From the NCBI GenBank assembly GCA_951406725.2, contig OX597824.1, positions 12,338,001 through 12,402,000 on the forward strand: a DNA stretch of 64,000 nt. Direction: 5' to 3'. Origin of the DNA: Octopus vulgaris (Eukaryota). Below are positions 1-12,885 of this stretch, piece by piece. A model generated the notes under the pieces. That model saw only the letters and a program-made list of their open reading frames with translations, did not search any database and was not told the DNA's origin. The position numbers and the translations under genes were made by a program. Within the stretch, counting starts at the first letter, position 1, and each line of letters opens with the position of its first letter.

Positions 1-670
1 GTGTCATTTGCTTGTAAAACGAGTAATCTCTTCTCTATCAGTTTCAGGGAGGTAGGCACATGTTTCTTAAAGGGACGGTATAGAGTATTTTCTTACTTTA
101 CGATTGAAATGTAGGTTGGAAGCAGTCATCTTCACAGAAGTCCATGGCAAAGGGTAAAACTTACGGATAATCGATTTATTAAATCGATTATTTATCTATT
201 TTTACTATTCTCTCTGACTTTGATTTGAAGGTTAAATTCTTGAGTTTCATTATATTTTGCTGTTTCTTGGGAGAATCATTACGCCAATAACAACGCTCAC
301 AGGTTCAATTCTCATTTTTATTGTTTGCTATTTCGTTAAATATCTAACCAACTAATTAATCAATCGTTTGTTTAATGTTTTAGTTATACAATCAGTTGAT
401 TAGTCAAAGTTCTTTCGGCGCCATTCGCGACCTTTTCAGTGTGTTAGTGACTTCCCCTGTCACTCCAAGGTCTGGTCTGAGTCTGTCTGAAAATTGGTCT
501 TATGCCTGTATATATGCATGCTTGTGTGTGTGTGAAATCTCGCAAACCAAATGCAAAATCTCATTATATTGTTTTAGCCAATTCACAATTATTATATCAT
601 TATTCACTATTTAGCCAATTCACTATCAAATCTTGTCTCGGATACATTATTATTGTTGTTGTTGTTGTTG

Positions 671-702
<32 letters not shown>

Positions 703-869
703 TTTTCCTTCTTTCTTCAAATTTTCTTCCGTTTCTCGCCGTGTGTTTCCCGTACACCTAGGGTAGAGAAGCTCATTGTACGCATTCACAGATTGCACAC
801 GCAAATTCCCAGGTAAAATATGTATTTAAAAAATTTATAAACAAATAAATTCATGAATGGATGTTGTTT

Positions 870-1345
870 TCACTGCGATAATGCTCTTCTCAGTACATGA
901 GCCGTTCCAGTTAACACGATTTTTTGTACTTCCTGTAGGGATGGTAAGCCCGGTATAATTTTCAAATAGGTTTCAGTACCTTTTTTTATCATTCCTAGAG
1001 ATCTTACAATCACTGTGCCAGCATGCTACATTCATTTACTGTATCAGTAACGCTTTCTTCTTTTGATTTGTATAACCTACATTGGGAACCTACTTGGTTT
1101 CTGTCCATCTTGGCTTTTATCCCATTAGTCTTTAATGCTTGATCTTGTGCAGCTCCTAACAAACTTTCTGCCTCCCTTTTCGGCTTTCCTTTCTGCAACC
1201 ATAGGTATGTCTCACTACTACTATTTGCCGAAACTATTTTTGAGAATCCACCTTGCAACACCTTCTCCTGCCAGTCAGATAATTTCTGTTCTTTTTAAAG
1301 TTCGTTTGGGTTTTTGGTTTCCCTATGTCTTGCAGTGATTCTAGC
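870..1345 (-). mobile_element. Decayed 3' fragment of an R4/Dong-like RLE non-LTR retrotransposon (zinc-knuckle region and C-terminus)
   Basis: Minus-strand peptide TYLWLQKGKPKREAESLLGAAQDQALKT...QCRLYKSKEESVTDTVNECSMLAQ, then ...LGMIKKGTETYLKIIPGLPSLQEVQKIVLTGTAHVLRRALSQ*. Typical of R4-clade ORF ends; next to (TTA)n. Confidence 0.8.
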
Positions 1346-1353
1346 AGCTTTTA

Positions 1354-1480
<127 letters not shown>

Positions 1481-1499
1481 GTTTGTCTTTTGCTTTCAG

Positions 1500-1768
1500 G
1501 AACATACATCACGTCCATATACGCACGACATAGTGATCTCATATCAAGATAAACAATACACGATCTTGCAGGTGGGGCCCCAGTTAGTATTTTCTTCAGG
1601 TCAAGTAGCCCATCAAAAAGGTCTCTGAATAAGGGTTGTTTAAGGATGTTGAACGAAGCACGTATGTTTCCAGAAGTAAATTATTCAAACTCCAAAGAAT
1701 TCCTCTCAACACATGACTATGATGCTCCCTCGCTACATCTGTTCGTAACCAGAGATGCATATATTGTT
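1500..1768. mobile_element. Non-coding interspersed repeat associated with (TTA)n; same family as 52322-52490
   Basis: Shares 'cgaca(ta/tg)gtgatctcatatcaagataaacaa' with 52448-52480. Both copies follow (TTA)n arrays. Confidence 0.6.
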
Positions 1769-1920
1769 CTTTGCCTCTTTAAACATTTTGGGACTGTCTT
1801 TATGTATGTAGCCTGGTAACTGTAACTGAGAGATAAAACGCTGAATGCATTTTAGTGCTAGCTTTATTCTTCCATTTTAAATAATGTACATAATTCCTCA
1901 TCTCAAAAACATAAAATAGC

Positions 1921-2320
<400 letters not shown>

Positions 2321-2457
2321 ATGTTGCTTATCAATCACTACTCCGAGTTTGATAGACACGCTCGCACGCACCAGCCTAATTTTGTAGACGTTCGTTTGCC
2401 TAAATAGATCAGGCACGTGCTCAGACGTCTGAAAGCTATTAACTGCTAAAGTGCAAC

Positions 2458-2491
<34 letters not shown>

Positions 2492-2493
2492 TA

Positions 2494-2556
<63 letters not shown>

Positions 2557-2890
2557 ACACATTTTTTTTTGCTGAATTTTTTGTTGTTGTCACGATGCCA
2601 TAATCAATTGAAGACAGTTTTATCTTAAATGCTACTCGAGAAAAGTTGATGGACGAAAATAAAATAAGAATAAAGAAAAATTCCCATTAGCATTAGAGCA
2701 AGTTAAATCATTCTCTCTGTGACTCTCTCACGTTTTCCTTTCTCTCTCTCTCTCTCTCTCTATGTATGTACATGAAAATCGGCAGAAAGCTAGATGTGTT
2801 CGACCAAAGATGCGTGAGAAGAATTCTGAGAACGTACTGCCAAGACCATGTAACCAATGAAGACAGTTTAAGGGGATCTAATACAAGACC

Positions 2891-3109
2891 TGACATAATG
2901 GCTGATCGTTAGCAAGGAAAGACACACAAATAAGAAAGAAGAAAGCAAAGGACCACTGATGAGGTCACAGAAGTGTGACGAAAGAACTCTGGCCGAAATA
3001 CGATTAATGCAAAAAATAAAATAAAGCTGAAGCAAATTAACACCAAATATATAGTGCGTGTGTTTTTATTGGCTAAACTGGCAACATGACCATCCCCAAA
3101 TACAACAAC
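2891..3109 (+). mobile_element. 219-bp hammerhead-containing mini-element with an 11-bp target-site duplication
   Basis: AATACAAGACC at 2880-2890 and 3110-3120 flanks the insert. Confidence 0.8.
2951..2994 (+). ncRNA. Type I hammerhead ribozyme motif (minimal stem III)
   Basis: gaCCA-CTGATGA-G-GTCACA gaag TGTGAC-GAAA-G aa C-TC-TGGcc: intact core, 6-bp stem II, CUC cleavage triplet. Confidence 0.75.
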
Positions 3110-3429
3110 AATACAAGACCATTTAGCGAAATCATCACAGAAGGAAGCTTAAAGCTAGCAGGTCATATAGTTCGGCTAGCAGGTCATATAGTTCGGCTAG
3201 CAGGTCATATAGTTCGGCTATCAGAACAACACCATTCTAAGGCAATTTTCAAATGGATACCAGTGGAGGGAAAAATAAGAGAGAAAGACCGGAAACTACA
3301 TGACACAGGACATTTATAAACGACACGGGAGACGATAATAACACGTGGTTCGATGTAGAGAAAACCGCTGCTAATAGAAAATTTTCCGGGTTCATAGGAT
3401 TATGCTCAAGGTGGCTTCGTCATTCATAC

Positions 3430-3990
3430 GTGCCATCCATGCTACATTCACCCATCTTTTTTTAAAACATTCGCTAGACAAAACTTGCCTCTCTACTCTC
3501 ACTTTCCTTTTCGAGCGATACTTGAAGAAGTTGACGAGAGATTGACCAGAGAGGAAAGTGTTTGTCTCCAATCCTTTCAGACGCCGTCGACCAGATACAT
3601 TCTTTCGCCATAGCCACAAGGATGATGAAAATAGCTCTTCCTTCTCGTTTGATTAAATATAATGAGCTGAATGTTCCCACTGCTCCATTGTACGTTGTCA
3701 GGTCACTTGAAAAATTTGTGTTGAGTACAACTGTGTAATGTTCTCAGATGTGAGAGCGTAAAGTGTCGTATCACCTGCATATGTGGTAATAAAGGATCTT
3801 ATTACTTTGTGAGGTAAATCATTAATAAATAAACTGTAAGTGCATAGGTCCCAGTACAGATCCTGACTGTACTTTTGAAATAATGCCTACATTTATTCCA
3901 GAAGACTTAATATTGATTTTCTTTATACACTTCCTTAGATATTGACCATGGAGCAGATTTTCCTGTTAACATCTTACCACGACAATTTTT
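3430..3990 (-). mobile_element. Highly decayed CR1/L2-like LINE reverse-transcriptase fragment
   Basis: Minus strand gives QSGSVLGP (PQGSVLGP-like) and YAGDTT (YADD-like), with frameshifts and stops. Confidence 0.55.
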
Positions 3991-4149
3991 TAATCCCATT
4001 TTCTGGTTAGTTATTTTTAGATAGTTCTTCTATAATTTCTTCCCCCTTTTTACAACTGCGTCATCTAATCCTTAATTTTATATTTGTTAACTTCCTCGAA
4101 GTGGGGAAACGAGTCTTTTGTTTCTTGTTCCATGATTTGTATTAATGAG

Positions 4150-4408
4150 TAAAGTAAAGTACTGTTTCGAGTCATAGGAGTCACAAGGCTGGATACCCGG
4201 TTTCCATGGTGACTGAGATCACAACAATACCCGCTTGGATAGGATGCCAGTCCGTCGCAGGGTTACTCATCTACAGCTGAGTCGACAGAAACAACGTGAA
4301 AGGAAGCGTGTTTCAGAAGAATACAACGCACTTCCCGGCTCGGTAATCGAAACCCCGATCTTGCAATCATGAGTGCAACACCCTAACCACTAGGCCACAC
4401 GCCATCAC
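4150..4408 (-). mobile_element. tRNA-derived SINE (family related to 24569-24780)
   Basis: tRNA-like head 'gtggcctagtggttagggtgttgcactcatgattgcaagatcggggtttcgattacc' on the minus strand, short tandem tail. Confidence 0.75.
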
Positions 4409-4477
4409 GTTATTTGTATTAGTTTACTTTTATTCTTTACCGTATATCTTTGTAGTCCGTCAGTAGTTGTTTTATAA

Positions 4478-4606
4478 CAAGAAGAAGAAGAAGAAAAAGC
4501 AGGAGATGAAGAAGGAAGAAGAAGAAGAAGAAGAAGAAGAAGAAGAAGAAGAAGAAGAAGAAGAAGAAGAACAACAACAACAACAGCAACAACAACAACA
4601 ACAACA
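4478..4606. repeat. (GAA)n/(CAA)n microsatellite
   Basis: Read directly from the sequence. Confidence 0.9.
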
Positions 4607-4911
4607 GTTTCTGTATGTTGTCATTGAAGGCAATTATGTTCAATTTCATTCATTCACAAATACGATTACGCGAAACGTTAAGAGGCATGAGGTGGTGCAT
4701 ACAGAATGTGAAAGTTGAAGACAGAGATATGAGAAAAGAAAGTAGGCGGGTTTGGGACGTTACACAAACAAAACACAAAGAATTTATATACAAATAAGGA
4801 ACTATGAATAGCTATAAAAAACACACACACACACACATATATTAAAAAAGAATTACAGAAAAACTTAAGGTTACTCATTCAGACACGAGAGAGAACTCAC
4901 TGTTTATTTTT

Positions 4912-5317
4912 TATCTTTTACTTGTTCCAGTCATTAGACTGCGGCCATGCTGGGGCACCACCTTGAAGAACTTTTAGTCGAATGAATCGACTCCAGTGCT
5001 AATTTTATTTTTAAAGTCTGGTATTTACTCTATCGGACTCTTTTTGCCGAACCGCTAAGTTACGGGATGTAAATACGCCAACACCGGTTGTCAAGCGGCA
5101 GTGGGAGGACTTAATATCCTTTCTACTAAAGGCACAAAGCCTGAAATTTTGGAGTCGATTACATCGACTCCAGTGTTTCACTGGTACTTAACTTATTGAC
5201 CCCGAAAAGATGAAAGGCAAAGTCGACCTCGGCGGAAATTGAACTCAGAACGTAAGGGCGGATGAAATGAAAGCATTTTGCCCGGCATGATAACGATTCT
5301 GCAAGTTCACCGCCTTC
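4912..5317 (-). mobile_element. Two adjacent SINE pieces: 3' half of a CORE-like SINE (4912-5105) and a Nin/Deu-domain-like SINE (5115-5317)
   Basis: Match to other in-window copies, e.g. 'ccgccgaggtcgactttgcctttcatc' and 'ccagcatggccgcagtc'. Confidence 0.75.
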
Positions 5318-5680
5318 TTTGACTTAGTCGAGACATTACAAGTGCGAAGTGACCTACAGGGTCACATAAAAATTAAGAATAGATAGATTTTCATATTCAA
5401 AATCTCCGGCCATTATTACGAACATTAATCTACTGGATTAGGACTGACCTGGCGCTTAACAACAACAGTAATAACAAACAACAGAATAACTATGTATACA
5501 TCTACTCTGCAGTGATCCATGAAAAGTTTCGAATCCCAAACCTCAAAGTAATATTGGTTAATATTTCATTATTAATCCAGTTTCATTTATTTATATCATT
5601 AGAAGCATGGTCTTAAGAGACACAACAGTTATAACTAAAAAGACTTGTTAGTCTGCCTCATGGTCTCGGTGGATAAAATA

Positions 5681-6245
5681 TTGGGTTGTCCGGAAAGTTC
5701 GTGCCGATTTTTAAAGGAAAGAAAAGGTCAATAAATACTTGCCATTACATTTTTAATCAACCAAATACGAACCAGTTTGTTGCACAATGCGTCTCCATCT
5801 TTCCTTTAACTTGAAAATTCCCTCTTCCCAGAATTGAGGTGGTTTCATGGCAAAGAATTCATCAAGGTATCTTTTTACGTCATCCAAGGAATTGAAATTT
5901 TTACCATTAAGACTATTCTGCAGAGACCTGAATAAGTGGAAATCCAAAGGAGCAATATCTGGTGAATAGGGAAGGTGGGGTAACACATCCTAGCCAAGCT
6001 GCAGCAATTTTTGTCTGGTTCCCAAAGCACCAAGTGCCGAAAATGAACTTTCTTATCTTCCATTTTAAAGGGTTACAGAATTAATACAGGTTATAGGAAC
6101 ATAAACCTTCTTCCACGAAAAGATAGCTTAAACTGTGCTCTAAATGGAGGTGTAGTCAAATCCTATTTTATGGACTTAACTATGTTCTAAAATAAGTCGG
6201 AAGGTAAGCTACTATAAATCGGCACGAACTTTCCGGACAACCCAA
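5681..6245 (-). mobile_element. Internally deleted mariner element (565 bp) with intact TIRs and TA TSDs
   Basis: TA|TTGGGTTGTCCGGAAAGTTCGTGCCGATTT ... AAATCGGCACGAACTTTCCGGACAACCCAA|TA. Transposase N-terminus MEDKKVHFRHL is joined to C-terminus LPHLPYSPDIAPLDFHLFRSLQNSLNG. Confidence 0.93.
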
Positions 6246-7015
6246 TAGAAAAGGCGTTGTCCCGAATTGATGACGAGACGCACTGGAACAGCCACTCCGA
6301 CTCGCCGAGTTCGCATTGCGAATAGCCATCGCTTTAGGTAGGGATATCGTCCGGGGCAGGGATGCCGTCCGGCGGCCTCCATTGCTACAGTCTCGACCAC
6401 TCGTTAATGACCTATTAATATAAAAAAAAAACAACCTAATTCTCCCGTGATGATTTGGGAACATTAGCTTGTTACAGTTAGCTTGACTACCAGTGCGTGA
6501 CGAAGTATAGATATTTAGATTGATAAAGGACTTCCCACAGCCACGGCCAGATGTCTCCCTTTTAATTAACTGCGTAAATAGTTGTCTATATTTGTTGTAC
6601 ACACACTTGCATACACTCACACGTACACACATTCGCACAAAAACACACTTTGATGAATAGTTCTTTAAGTAATTGTTCTGAACAGATAAATAAATCAATG
6701 AATACTCTCATAAAAGCACGAGTACAAGGTCAAGGATATCATCTTTCTCCTCTGACAAAGCCATAAAAAAGTAGGACATATAAGTAAAATTTTACTGCAT
6801 GGCCTGACACAGTGTCAATACATTTCTGCTGAACATACCACAGGCCCAGAGAAAGGCATTTTCAAAACTTGTCCGCGAGTGTCGAATTGCTGTTCACTTA
6901 TACTGGGATTCAAAAATGCTTTTTTATGCGGCAAAACATTCCCCGAAATAAATTGAAATGAGAAAATTGTTCAAAGTTTGCCATTGGTGTGCTCGAAGCT
7001 CTATTCAAGACTTAT

Positions 7016-7426
7016 ACCTATTTTTTTTACTACCCACAAGGGGCAAAACACAGAAGGGACAAACAAGGACAGACAAACGGATTAAGTCGATTATATCGAC
7101 CCCAGTGCGTAACTGGTATTTATTTAATCGACCACGAAAGGATGAAAGGCAAAGTCGACCTCGGCGGAATTTGAACTCAGAATGTAGCGGCAGACGAAAT
7201 ACCTATTTTTTTACTACCCACAAGGGGCTAAACACAGAAGGGACAAATAAGGACAGACAAACGGATTAAGTCGATTATATCGACCCCAGTGCGTAACTGG
7301 TACTTAATTTATCAACCCCAAAAGGATGAAAGGCAAAGTTGACCTCGGCGGAATTTGAACTCAGAACGTAGCGGCAGACGAAATACCGATAAGCATTTCA
7401 CCCGGCGTGCTTAATGTTTCTGCCAG
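7016..7426 (-). mobile_element. Tandem dimer of the Nin/Deu-domain-like SINE
   Basis: Two consecutive ~190-220 bp units containing 'gaggtcgactttgcctttcatcctttcg...aagtaccagttacgcactgggg'. Confidence 0.85.
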
Positions 7427-8004
7427 AGAATGAGAGAATGAGAGAAATATTGAAACGAAAAGGATGTCACGTAAGTTAGCGTCGAATCAGATGCGCCAAA
7501 TAGGCAGCGCCAAAACGTTTCATACACGTGCGATAAATAAGTGGTTTGCTTGATCGAACAACTGGAATGCTCATGTCCTAACCGAAAGGGAATCTATTTT
7601 TTCTGCATAGAAAAAAAAATCTGGTTCAAGCGAGATTTCAGTCTCTTGAATGAAATCCCGAAATCTTTTGTCACAAACCAGTGGTTTTATATTGTCATAT
7701 AATATATATATATATATACAATGCTAGATTCGTTCTGATATGATCATAGAAATGTGACAGTATAAATTTAAGTCTTTATGTCAGTTCCATTTAGTGCGAT
7801 CATCTTTTGAAAGCTGGGATAATGATTGATGAGCTCAATTTCAGCCTAAGCAGACAATCAATCAAATGATTGATGTGAAAATGTGAAAATTCAAAGATAT
7901 ATAAGTATGCAATAATATTTATGTGAATCTCTTTCTTTCTCTTTGTTTCTCTCTCTGTCATACACACAAGCGCGTGAACACACACACACACGCATACACA
8001 CATA

Positions 8005-9085
8005 CAGGGTGCGTAAGGTATTTGAGGCCATACCTTTTTGGGGTCATTGTTGCATTTTTTGCTAACTCTGTCTAATCTTTGGTTCAGAAAATAATAATGG
8101 CAAACCCTCAGCTTACTCAAGAAACGAAGAGGCATGCTGTTATTGTGGTTATAAAGGCTGAGCATAGCGATTTAGAAAAATCTCGAATTTTAAAAGTTGC
8201 TAGATTTTTCGTCTATAAAGTTTGTAAGGAGTTGAAAATGGAAATGTATCAACAGTATTAAAGCATAAAAAGAATTCTAAACGCTAGGAAATCATCAGAA
8301 CACTTGAATTTATCCAGCAAGTTCAACAGACCGTTGATTACAATCTCAGAAAGTCCATGAGGTCAATTGAAAATGATCTCCATGTGTCAGAAGGAACAGT
8401 CAGAAATGTCCACGAAGAAATCAGATATAAATCTTATATGATGAGGAAAGGTCAATTTGTTAGAAAAAGTAAAAGCAAATCACTACATCAGATCTAAAAG
8501 GTTCTTAAACAAACTGAAAAATCCAGTAGAAGAAGATTTGATTTGGTTTTTCTCAAACGAGAAAAACTTGGACTAAGGTCAAAAAGTTAACAGAAGAAAC
8601 GACAGATGGTTATGAGCAGACCTTTCTGAAGTTCCAGGTGTTATGCATACAAAATTTCCTGCAACTGTCATGGTTTTAGGGGTTGTCAGCAATGAAGAAC
8701 ATGTGATGCCTCCTTACTTCTTTCCACAAGGCCTTAGAGTTAACTCTGCCGCCTACATTGAGGTCCTGGAAACAATTGCTAAGCCCTGGATAGAGAGTGT
8801 ATGCAATGGAAGGCCATATGTGTTTCAGTAAGACTCTTCACTATCACACATGGCTCTAGTAACGCAGGAATGGATGGTTGAAAAGTTCCATGATCACATA
8901 ACCCCTAACATTTGGCCTCCTAATTCCCCAAATCTCAATCCATTGGACTATTTCATGTGGGGCATTGTTGAGAGACAGAGGTTAATGAACACGCCCATAA
9001 CACAAAAAATTCTTTGGAAGCCGCCATAGTCAGAGTAATGTCCAGAATGAGCCAGGACCACTTGATTCAAGCATTCAAATGATTT
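8005..9085 (+). mobile_element. Decayed Tc1/mariner-superfamily (maT/DD37D-like) transposon; pseudogenised transposase
   Basis: TA|CAGGGTG terminus. MANPQLTQETKRHAVIV.., FFSNEK, HTKFPATVMVLGVVSNE, RPYVFQ*DS..SH, WPPNSPNLNPLDYFMWG. Confidence 0.88.
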
Positions 9086-9088
9086 AAA

Positions 9089-9345
9089 GCTAAGTTACGG
9101 GGACGCAAAAACACCAACATCGATTGTCAAGCGATGGTGGGGGTACAAACACAGAGACAGACAGACAGACACACATACACGATGGGATTCTTTCAGTTTC
9201 CGATCTACCAAATCCACTCCCAAGGCTTTGGTTGGCACGTGGCTATAGTACAAGGCACTCGCCCAAAGTGTCCCGCAGTGAGACTGAACCCGGAACCATG
9301 TGGTTGGGAAGCAAGCTACTTGCCACACAGCCACTCCTGCGCCTA
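9089..9345 (-). mobile_element. CORE-like tRNA-derived SINE
   Basis: Head 'ggcgcaggagtggctgtgtggcaagtagcttgcttcccaaccacatggttccgggttcagtc' and CORE-like 'cactttgggcgagtgcc'. Confidence 0.85.
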
Positions 9346-10129
9346 AACTGCATACAACTATGTAAGCTTATAAGTGCTACATCCATTTGGACATGCAGCA
9401 TGTTGTATCCGTTCGTTGATTTTTGGTTTGTATTTTACTATTATTATTTTTCGTAGAATTATATTTTTAAATCTGTAGCTGATGATTTTTCATTTGTGCC
9501 AATTTTCCTATGATCCTTTACGATATACAGAAAAGGGTTCAAACAACACGCTATTATCACCATTATAAATATATAGTAGTGGCGGCCTGCGCAGTGATGA
9601 GCCATGTTCCATGCGGCCTTCTAGAAAAAGGCTATCCACGCATTTTTTATAACTTGTAAAGGCAGATGATTCAGGCCACGGAGTACTAACAGTGTCTTTA
9701 TCAATAATCACAACTCAGTTACACGACGCAGTTACTATGTTAACTCAACCATCAGTCTTCTCGTTAGTCAAGTAGTTTAGTATACAACACATCAAATGAG
9801 GTTAACGGTCTGACGACAAAATGTAACCTTACAAATCAATAATATGATCAATGCATATCCAGAAGATATCATGTTTTATACTGTCCTGGTTGTGTTTTTT
9901 TTTCAAGGTTACTGTGATACAGTAAGCACAAGATCAAAGCTATTCCGTTTTTTATTTAATTACAGTGTCCCCTTTCTAAGATTACATTATTCAATGCTTC
10001 TATATATTTTTTATCGGTAGCGTGTGATTTGAAGATTTAGCTTCTATTTCAAGCAAGTCAAGCAACCACATAAAGTTCTCCTCATATTACTACAGCTTTA
10101 GTGTCGTAAACATAAATAATGATTTCTGC

Positions 10130-10757
10130 TCTAGGAACAAGGCGAACAGCTTTGAAGGTGTGGTGGTGGTGGTGGTGGTGGTAGTAGTTAGTCAATTACA
10201 TCGATCCAGTATTTGACTAGTACTTCACTTTATCGACGCCGATAAAACGCAAGTACAAAGTTGATCTTCGCCGGATTTGAACTCAGAACGTAAAGAGTTA
10301 GAAGAAAGACCGCAAGACATTTTTTTTTCTGATGCTCTAATGATTCTACTCGCTCGCCATTTTGTGTCTAAAACATGGATCGCAGACATGGCTGTGTTCT
10401 TAAGAAGCTCACCTTCCAACCACCTGATTTCATGTTCAATCCCACTCTGCAGCATCATGGGTAAGTGTTTTCTACTATAGCCCCCGGCTGATTATTGTCT
10501 TGTGAGTAAATATAGTAGATGGAAACTGTGTGGAAGCCCGTCGTATATATACACACGATTTACAGGAAACTAAAAGACCAACACTGTCTAGGAACAATCT
10601 AATACAAACATAAACACAGGCAGTATCCATCTACCAAATTCATTCACGAAAGCTTTGGTCAATTTGCGTCTATAGTGGAAGACACTTGTCCAAGATGTCT
10701 CGCAGTGGGATTGAAACCGAAATCACCTACCTAGCTCCTTTACTACACAGCCACTCT
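10130..10757. mobile_element. Cluster of degenerate SINE fragments (Nin-like on minus; CORE-like on plus and minus)
   Basis: Partial matches to in-window SINE copies. Confidence 0.6.
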
Positions 10758-10801
10758 GCTATTTTGAGTGTGTCGACAAAAAGGAACAGCTGTCGGATCA
10801 T

Positions 10802-11235
10802 AAGGATCATAAGAAGGACTTCATAACAAAACCGTCTATACACCTCATATGCCCTACCAAATCTGACCTGGGAAATATAAGTAAGAACATTCTGGATAAA
10901 GTAATACCAATAGTCAAGGAGAAATTAAACGCCAACCTATGGTCCTGAACAGGTGAAGTCATAACATGGTCTCATATCTTGAGCAACAAAAACTTTTCTT
11001 CATTCCTAGAATTTGGTGTAAATAATTACTACTCATCTATTTCCCTTAAACTACTAAATAAAGCGCTCCTTCAAACTAGAAATTAACATAACACTTAACG
11101 CCCGAAAAACGCTCATTTTTTTCGAGGACCAGCTCCGGTGCCAGGCCAACCTCTATAACACCAAGAATAACTATAGAACTTACTACGGGATCATCCGACT
11201 CTGCCCAGGTAACGGGTCTCGTTGGACTATTCTTA
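10802..11235 (+). pseudogene. Penelope-like element reverse-transcriptase fragment (stops and frameshifts)
   Basis: KDHKKDFITKPSIHLICPTKSDLGNISKNILDKV..LWS*TGEVITW..SSFLEFGVNNYYSSISLKLLNKAL..LNARKTLIF..TTGSSDSAQVTGLVGL, resembling recalled PLE RT motifs (KDHK..F..KP..RLI.P.KS; FD...FYPSI; MGS.D.AE..ELVGL). Confidence 0.8.
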
Positions 11236-11299
11236 ATCAGCTCTGAACATATTTCTCTAATAACTCTACTAATTCTTTCTATTGAAGCTATTTTAACTC

Positions 11300-11347
11300 G
11301 TCTCTGATGGTGGGATATTATTTATTTCCCTGAAACAGCTGTAAGAC
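11300..11347 (+). ncRNA. Type I hammerhead motif in the pLTR region of the PLE; core A9>G, probably inactive
   Basis: GTCT-CTGATGG-t-GGGA..TCCC-t-GAAA-CAGCTG-TA-AGAC, with palindromic stem III ACAGCTGT. Confidence 0.7.
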
Positions 11348-11955
11348 CACTTTTCTATTTATAAATGTCCTAGGAATATCAAATTGCATTGACCTTGTTA
11401 TATTATATATATACATACATAATACACACACATACATATTGATAATACTAAAACTCTAGGGATGTTTATGTGTAACTGAAATGTCTCAGAAATAGTATAC
11501 TTAATCTTATTGTTTTTACATATTTATTTTCATATTTACCTTCGGCAGTGCAGTACAAATTTTTGTGAAATTTGAACCTCTATTTAAACGATTAAACACA
11601 ATTTTTGTTATTTCTTGATGTAAAAAATACATGGCTTCCATGACGTCAACACATACAGAATACACACAAATATAATGAATGTAATGGCCTGTCTATTAAC
11701 ACAGACACACGTTCGCTGTCTGTGACATATACCCACACATTGTCTTCTCGCTCTCTAAGAAAAACAAAACCGTTGACTTTTTGACGAACACAGTATTTTA
11801 ATCATTTAGAAATATTTTTAACTGAATGTTATTTCATTATCCAGAGTTCGTTAATTTCCATAAAAGTATTTTATTTATTTACTTTTGTTTTAAAGTGAAA
11901 AAGAGGAGAAAGTAAAAGATGTATGTACGTGTATACGAAATGGACGTGTGTGCGT

Positions 11956-12002
<47 letters not shown>

Positions 12003-12554
12003 GAAGAGAGAAAGAGAGAGGAAGAGAGAAAGAGAGACAGGAAGAGAGAAAGAGAGAGACAGAGTGAGTGAAAAGATGTGTTGTCATGTATACGTACATA
12101 CATCAATACATATGCGTACATCTTTTTTATAAGTGTGCATGTGTGTGTGTGCATGTGTATGTGTGTGTCTGAGAGAGTGAGAGAGAGATAGAGAGAGTGT
12201 GTGTGTATGTGTGTGAGTGACTCAACGTGTGTGTTCTCATGTATGTGTAAGTGGCACTCTCTCTCTCTCTCACGTACACACGCACGTCTATTTCATATAC
12301 ACGTTTATACACCATTCACTTCTATCTTGCACTTTAAAAAACAAAAGTAACAGGTGATTTTCAGGATGAAAATTGTTCAAAACAAGAAAAAAAAAAAAGA
12401 AAGAAAAAAAGATTCTACTCATGTAAATTGATTACTTGTTTGAATGTTTGAATAGTTCCAATTAAATAAGCCCAGAAGTTAGGTCAAATATATATACATG
12501 CAGAAGTACCGTGAATTTCCATTCTACTAGATGCCAAACAGTTCCGCGAATATA

Positions 12555-12636
<82 letters not shown>

Positions 12637-12637
12637 G

Positions 12638-12679
<42 letters not shown>

Positions 12680-12683
<4 letters not shown>

Positions 12684-12885
12684 ATCCAAACATGAAAACA
12701 CAAAGAGAAAACACAACAACGCGAGGACGTGGAACAAATATAGTATTATTGGACGCTCAGGAAAGAAGGAAAGAAGGAGGATTTAACTTTTCGAACGGAG
12801 CTCTTCGTCAGAAACATAGGAAAAGGAAAGATCCAAAGAAGGGAAAACGGAGCAAAAAAATCGCCAACGGTACACACGCGGTCAC

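Larger units (their letters stand above)
2772..3390 (+). mobile_element. Decayed RTE-type LINE C-terminal fragment, interrupted by an insertion at 2891-3109 and carrying a 21-bp x3 tandem duplication
   Basis: RKLDVFDQRCVRRILRTYCQDHVTNED..SNTRP | FSEIITEGSLKLAGHIVRL..SKAIFKWIP reads through once the insertion and one TSD are removed. Confidence 0.75.

Noticed and set aside
6180-6698. 172-aa minus-strand ORF
   Set aside because: Runs from a microsatellite into a mariner TIR, with no recognisable motif. The GC-rich 6250-6410 part remains unidentified.
11641-11648. Perfect CRE site TGACGTCA
   Set aside because: A single 8-mer in 64 kb is expected by chance, and there is no linked gene.
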